Part shown: piece by piece, positions 62,457-64,000 of the stretch | Position numbering within the stretch: position 1 is the stretch's first letter | How the letters are laid out: every line of letters begins with the position of its first letter | Source of the DNA: an uncultured Gemmatimonadales bacterium | GTDB lineage: Bacteria; Gemmatimonadota; Gemmatimonadetes; Longimicrobiales; RSA9 | NCBI GenBank assembly: GCA_963816355.1 | Contig: CAWFKH010000005.1 | Coordinates: 192,001-256,000, forward strand | Length of the DNA: 64,000 nucleotides | Reading direction: 5' to 3' | The notes under the pieces: generated by a model | The model's input: the letters and a program-made list of their open reading frames with translations, nothing else | Told to the model about the DNA's origin: nothing | Database searches by the model: none | Position numbers and translations under genes: made by a program

Positions 62457-62699
62457 GGCGCCACCCACACTCTCCGCTAACAGAGCGCTACGGGCGGCGG
62501 ACATCGACTCGCAGAGGACCGGCGGAGGCGCGCAGCGAAGGCGGCGACCGGGCCCGGGCGACGGCGAGATGCGCGGCGATCGTTGCGTATCAACGACACC
62601 GCGCCGCTGCCGCCCACGCCGCCTACGCCGTCCGCGCCGCGCACGCCACCCACGCCGCGCCCGCCACCCACGCCGCAGGCGCCGCTCGCGGCTGGGGGC

Positions 62700-63880
62700 C
62701 TACCTTCGTGATCCCGGATCGGCCGGCTGGCAGAACAGCCGGGCGGCTCCCACGAGCACGCGGGCGCACTCCACCACGGACGCCAGATCCACCCACTCCA
62801 CCGCCTCGTGGGCGCCCGCCCCGGTGGGTCCGTAGTCCACGGTCGGAATCCCCGCCGCGGCGAAGATGGCCGCATCCATCCAGTATGCGACGCCGGCATC
62901 GGCGGGAACGCTCCCGCTCACCTCAGCGACGGCGTCCCGCACGCACGCCGCAACGCGCGCGTTGGACGGGCAGATGAGGGGGGGCGCTCGAGGAGAACGC
63001 GCGTCGTCGCCGTCTCGCCCACCGCGGAGACGATCGCGTCGATCTCGGCGAGCACGCCTGCCGCCGTTTCGCCCGGCAGCGTGCGCCGCTCGACCTGCAC
63101 CGTGCACCGATCCGCGTAGGTCGACAGCCCCGACCCGCCCGAGATCATCGCGCAGTGCATCGACGCCGGCCCTAGCAGAGGATGCACTCGCGAGCGCAAG
63201 ATGTCGGTGTCGAAGCGCTCGAGCGCGGCCACGACACGGCCGATCTTGCCGATCGCGCTGACGCCGAGATCCCAGCGGCTGCCGTGAGCGGCGCGTCCCG
63301 AAGCCGCGATCTCGATCCAGACGAACCCCTTGTGCCCCAGGATCAGGCGATGCTCGCTCGGCTCCGTCAGAATGCAGGCATCCGCGGCGTGATTCGCGAC
63401 GAAGTGCCGCGCCCCCGCGCTAGCGTACTCCTCGTCCGCCACGAGGGCGAGGAGCAACGTCCCGGGAAGCCCCTCTCGCGCGAGCACAGCTGCGGCGCTC
63501 AACGCCGCGGCCACGCCACCTTTCATGTCGTAGCTGCCTCGCCCGAACACCCGGCCATGACGCACCGTCGGCTCGAACGGCTCGATCTCCATCCCGGCGA
63601 CACCGACGGTGTCGAGGTGAGCACACACGACCAGGACCGGACCTTTGCCGGCGCCGACCCGGGCCACCACGTTGGGACGATCGGGTGCCGCTTCTTCGAT
63701 CCACGCCTCGACGCCGCGCTCCACGAGCCAATCCCTCGCGAAGCGCGCGATCGAGGATTCGCCGGCCCCACCCCGCGGCGTCAGAGCGGGATTCACGGAC
63801 GGCCGCCGGATCAGATCCCGCAGGAGATCGAGAACCCGCTCGGCGGCGAGCGGGTCGCTGGGGAGAAGGTCCGCATCCAT
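62700..63880 (-). pseudogene. ArgE/DapE-like M20 deacylase split by a one-base frameshift (pseudogene or sequencing error)
   Basis: N-part has HLDTV, GRGSYDMKGG, DEE, GRAAHGS; C-part in another frame has YWMDAA..GIPTVDYGP.GAGAH. Junction at the G7 run 62978-62984. Confidence 0.8.
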
Positions 63881-64000
63881 GTACCTATTCTCTCCTCCTC
63901 ACGACCCGGGGTCCAGGGTTCGGCTGGAACCGACGCCACGCGGCCGGCCCCGCGGCGGCAACACCGGCTCCCGTGAGCCACTCCCGCTTCTCCTCCGAGC

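Larger units (their letters stand above)
61290..62486 (+). mobile_element. IS1595-family-like insertion sequence, probably degenerate
   Basis: Imperfect terminal inverted repeats: GCTCTGTTCCGAGGAAGTGTTGG (61290) and CCACACTCTCCGCTAACAGAGC (ends 62486). No target-site duplication seen. Confidence 0.7.

Overview
Very GC-rich bacterial chromosomal window; gene content suggests Gemmatimonadota, but that is inference only. Left end: gyrB (runs off the window)-dciA/DUF721-recF with no dnaA-dnaN upstream, followed by a crotonase, an M16 peptidase, a D-amino-acid aminotransferase and ssb. At about 9.1 kb two tandem DnaA boxes and an AT-richer stretch lie between two divergent uncharacterised genes that share a domain (candidate oriC). 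The middle is mostly housekeeping and envelope genes: cax, hbd, slipin, thiolase, leuB-like, cupredoxin plus cytochrome c, TPR-TPR-mrdA, hydantoinase B, APC permease, TonB receptor, deoC-ALDH, yihY, lepB, terC, purKE, murB, GH15. An orphan, highly structured region of about 330 nt resembling a HEARO/IscB omega-RNA sits at 18.5 kb with no nuclease gene beside it. The right part carries an unusual operon: a class-A DnaJ fused through a TM helix to Ig-like and RCC1 repeats, a TPR protein, and a 1638-aa FN3/BACON-like lipoprotein with a recent 678-bp internal duplication; a shorter paralog lies downstream. A degenerate IS1595-family element with terminal inverted repeats follows. Many 18-26 bp tandem repeats occur, often just after stop codons. 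Three apparent single-base frameshifts (ALDH end, ArgE-like gene, possibly the TonB receptor start) may be assembly errors. All family assignments come from motif recognition by eye; no searches were run.
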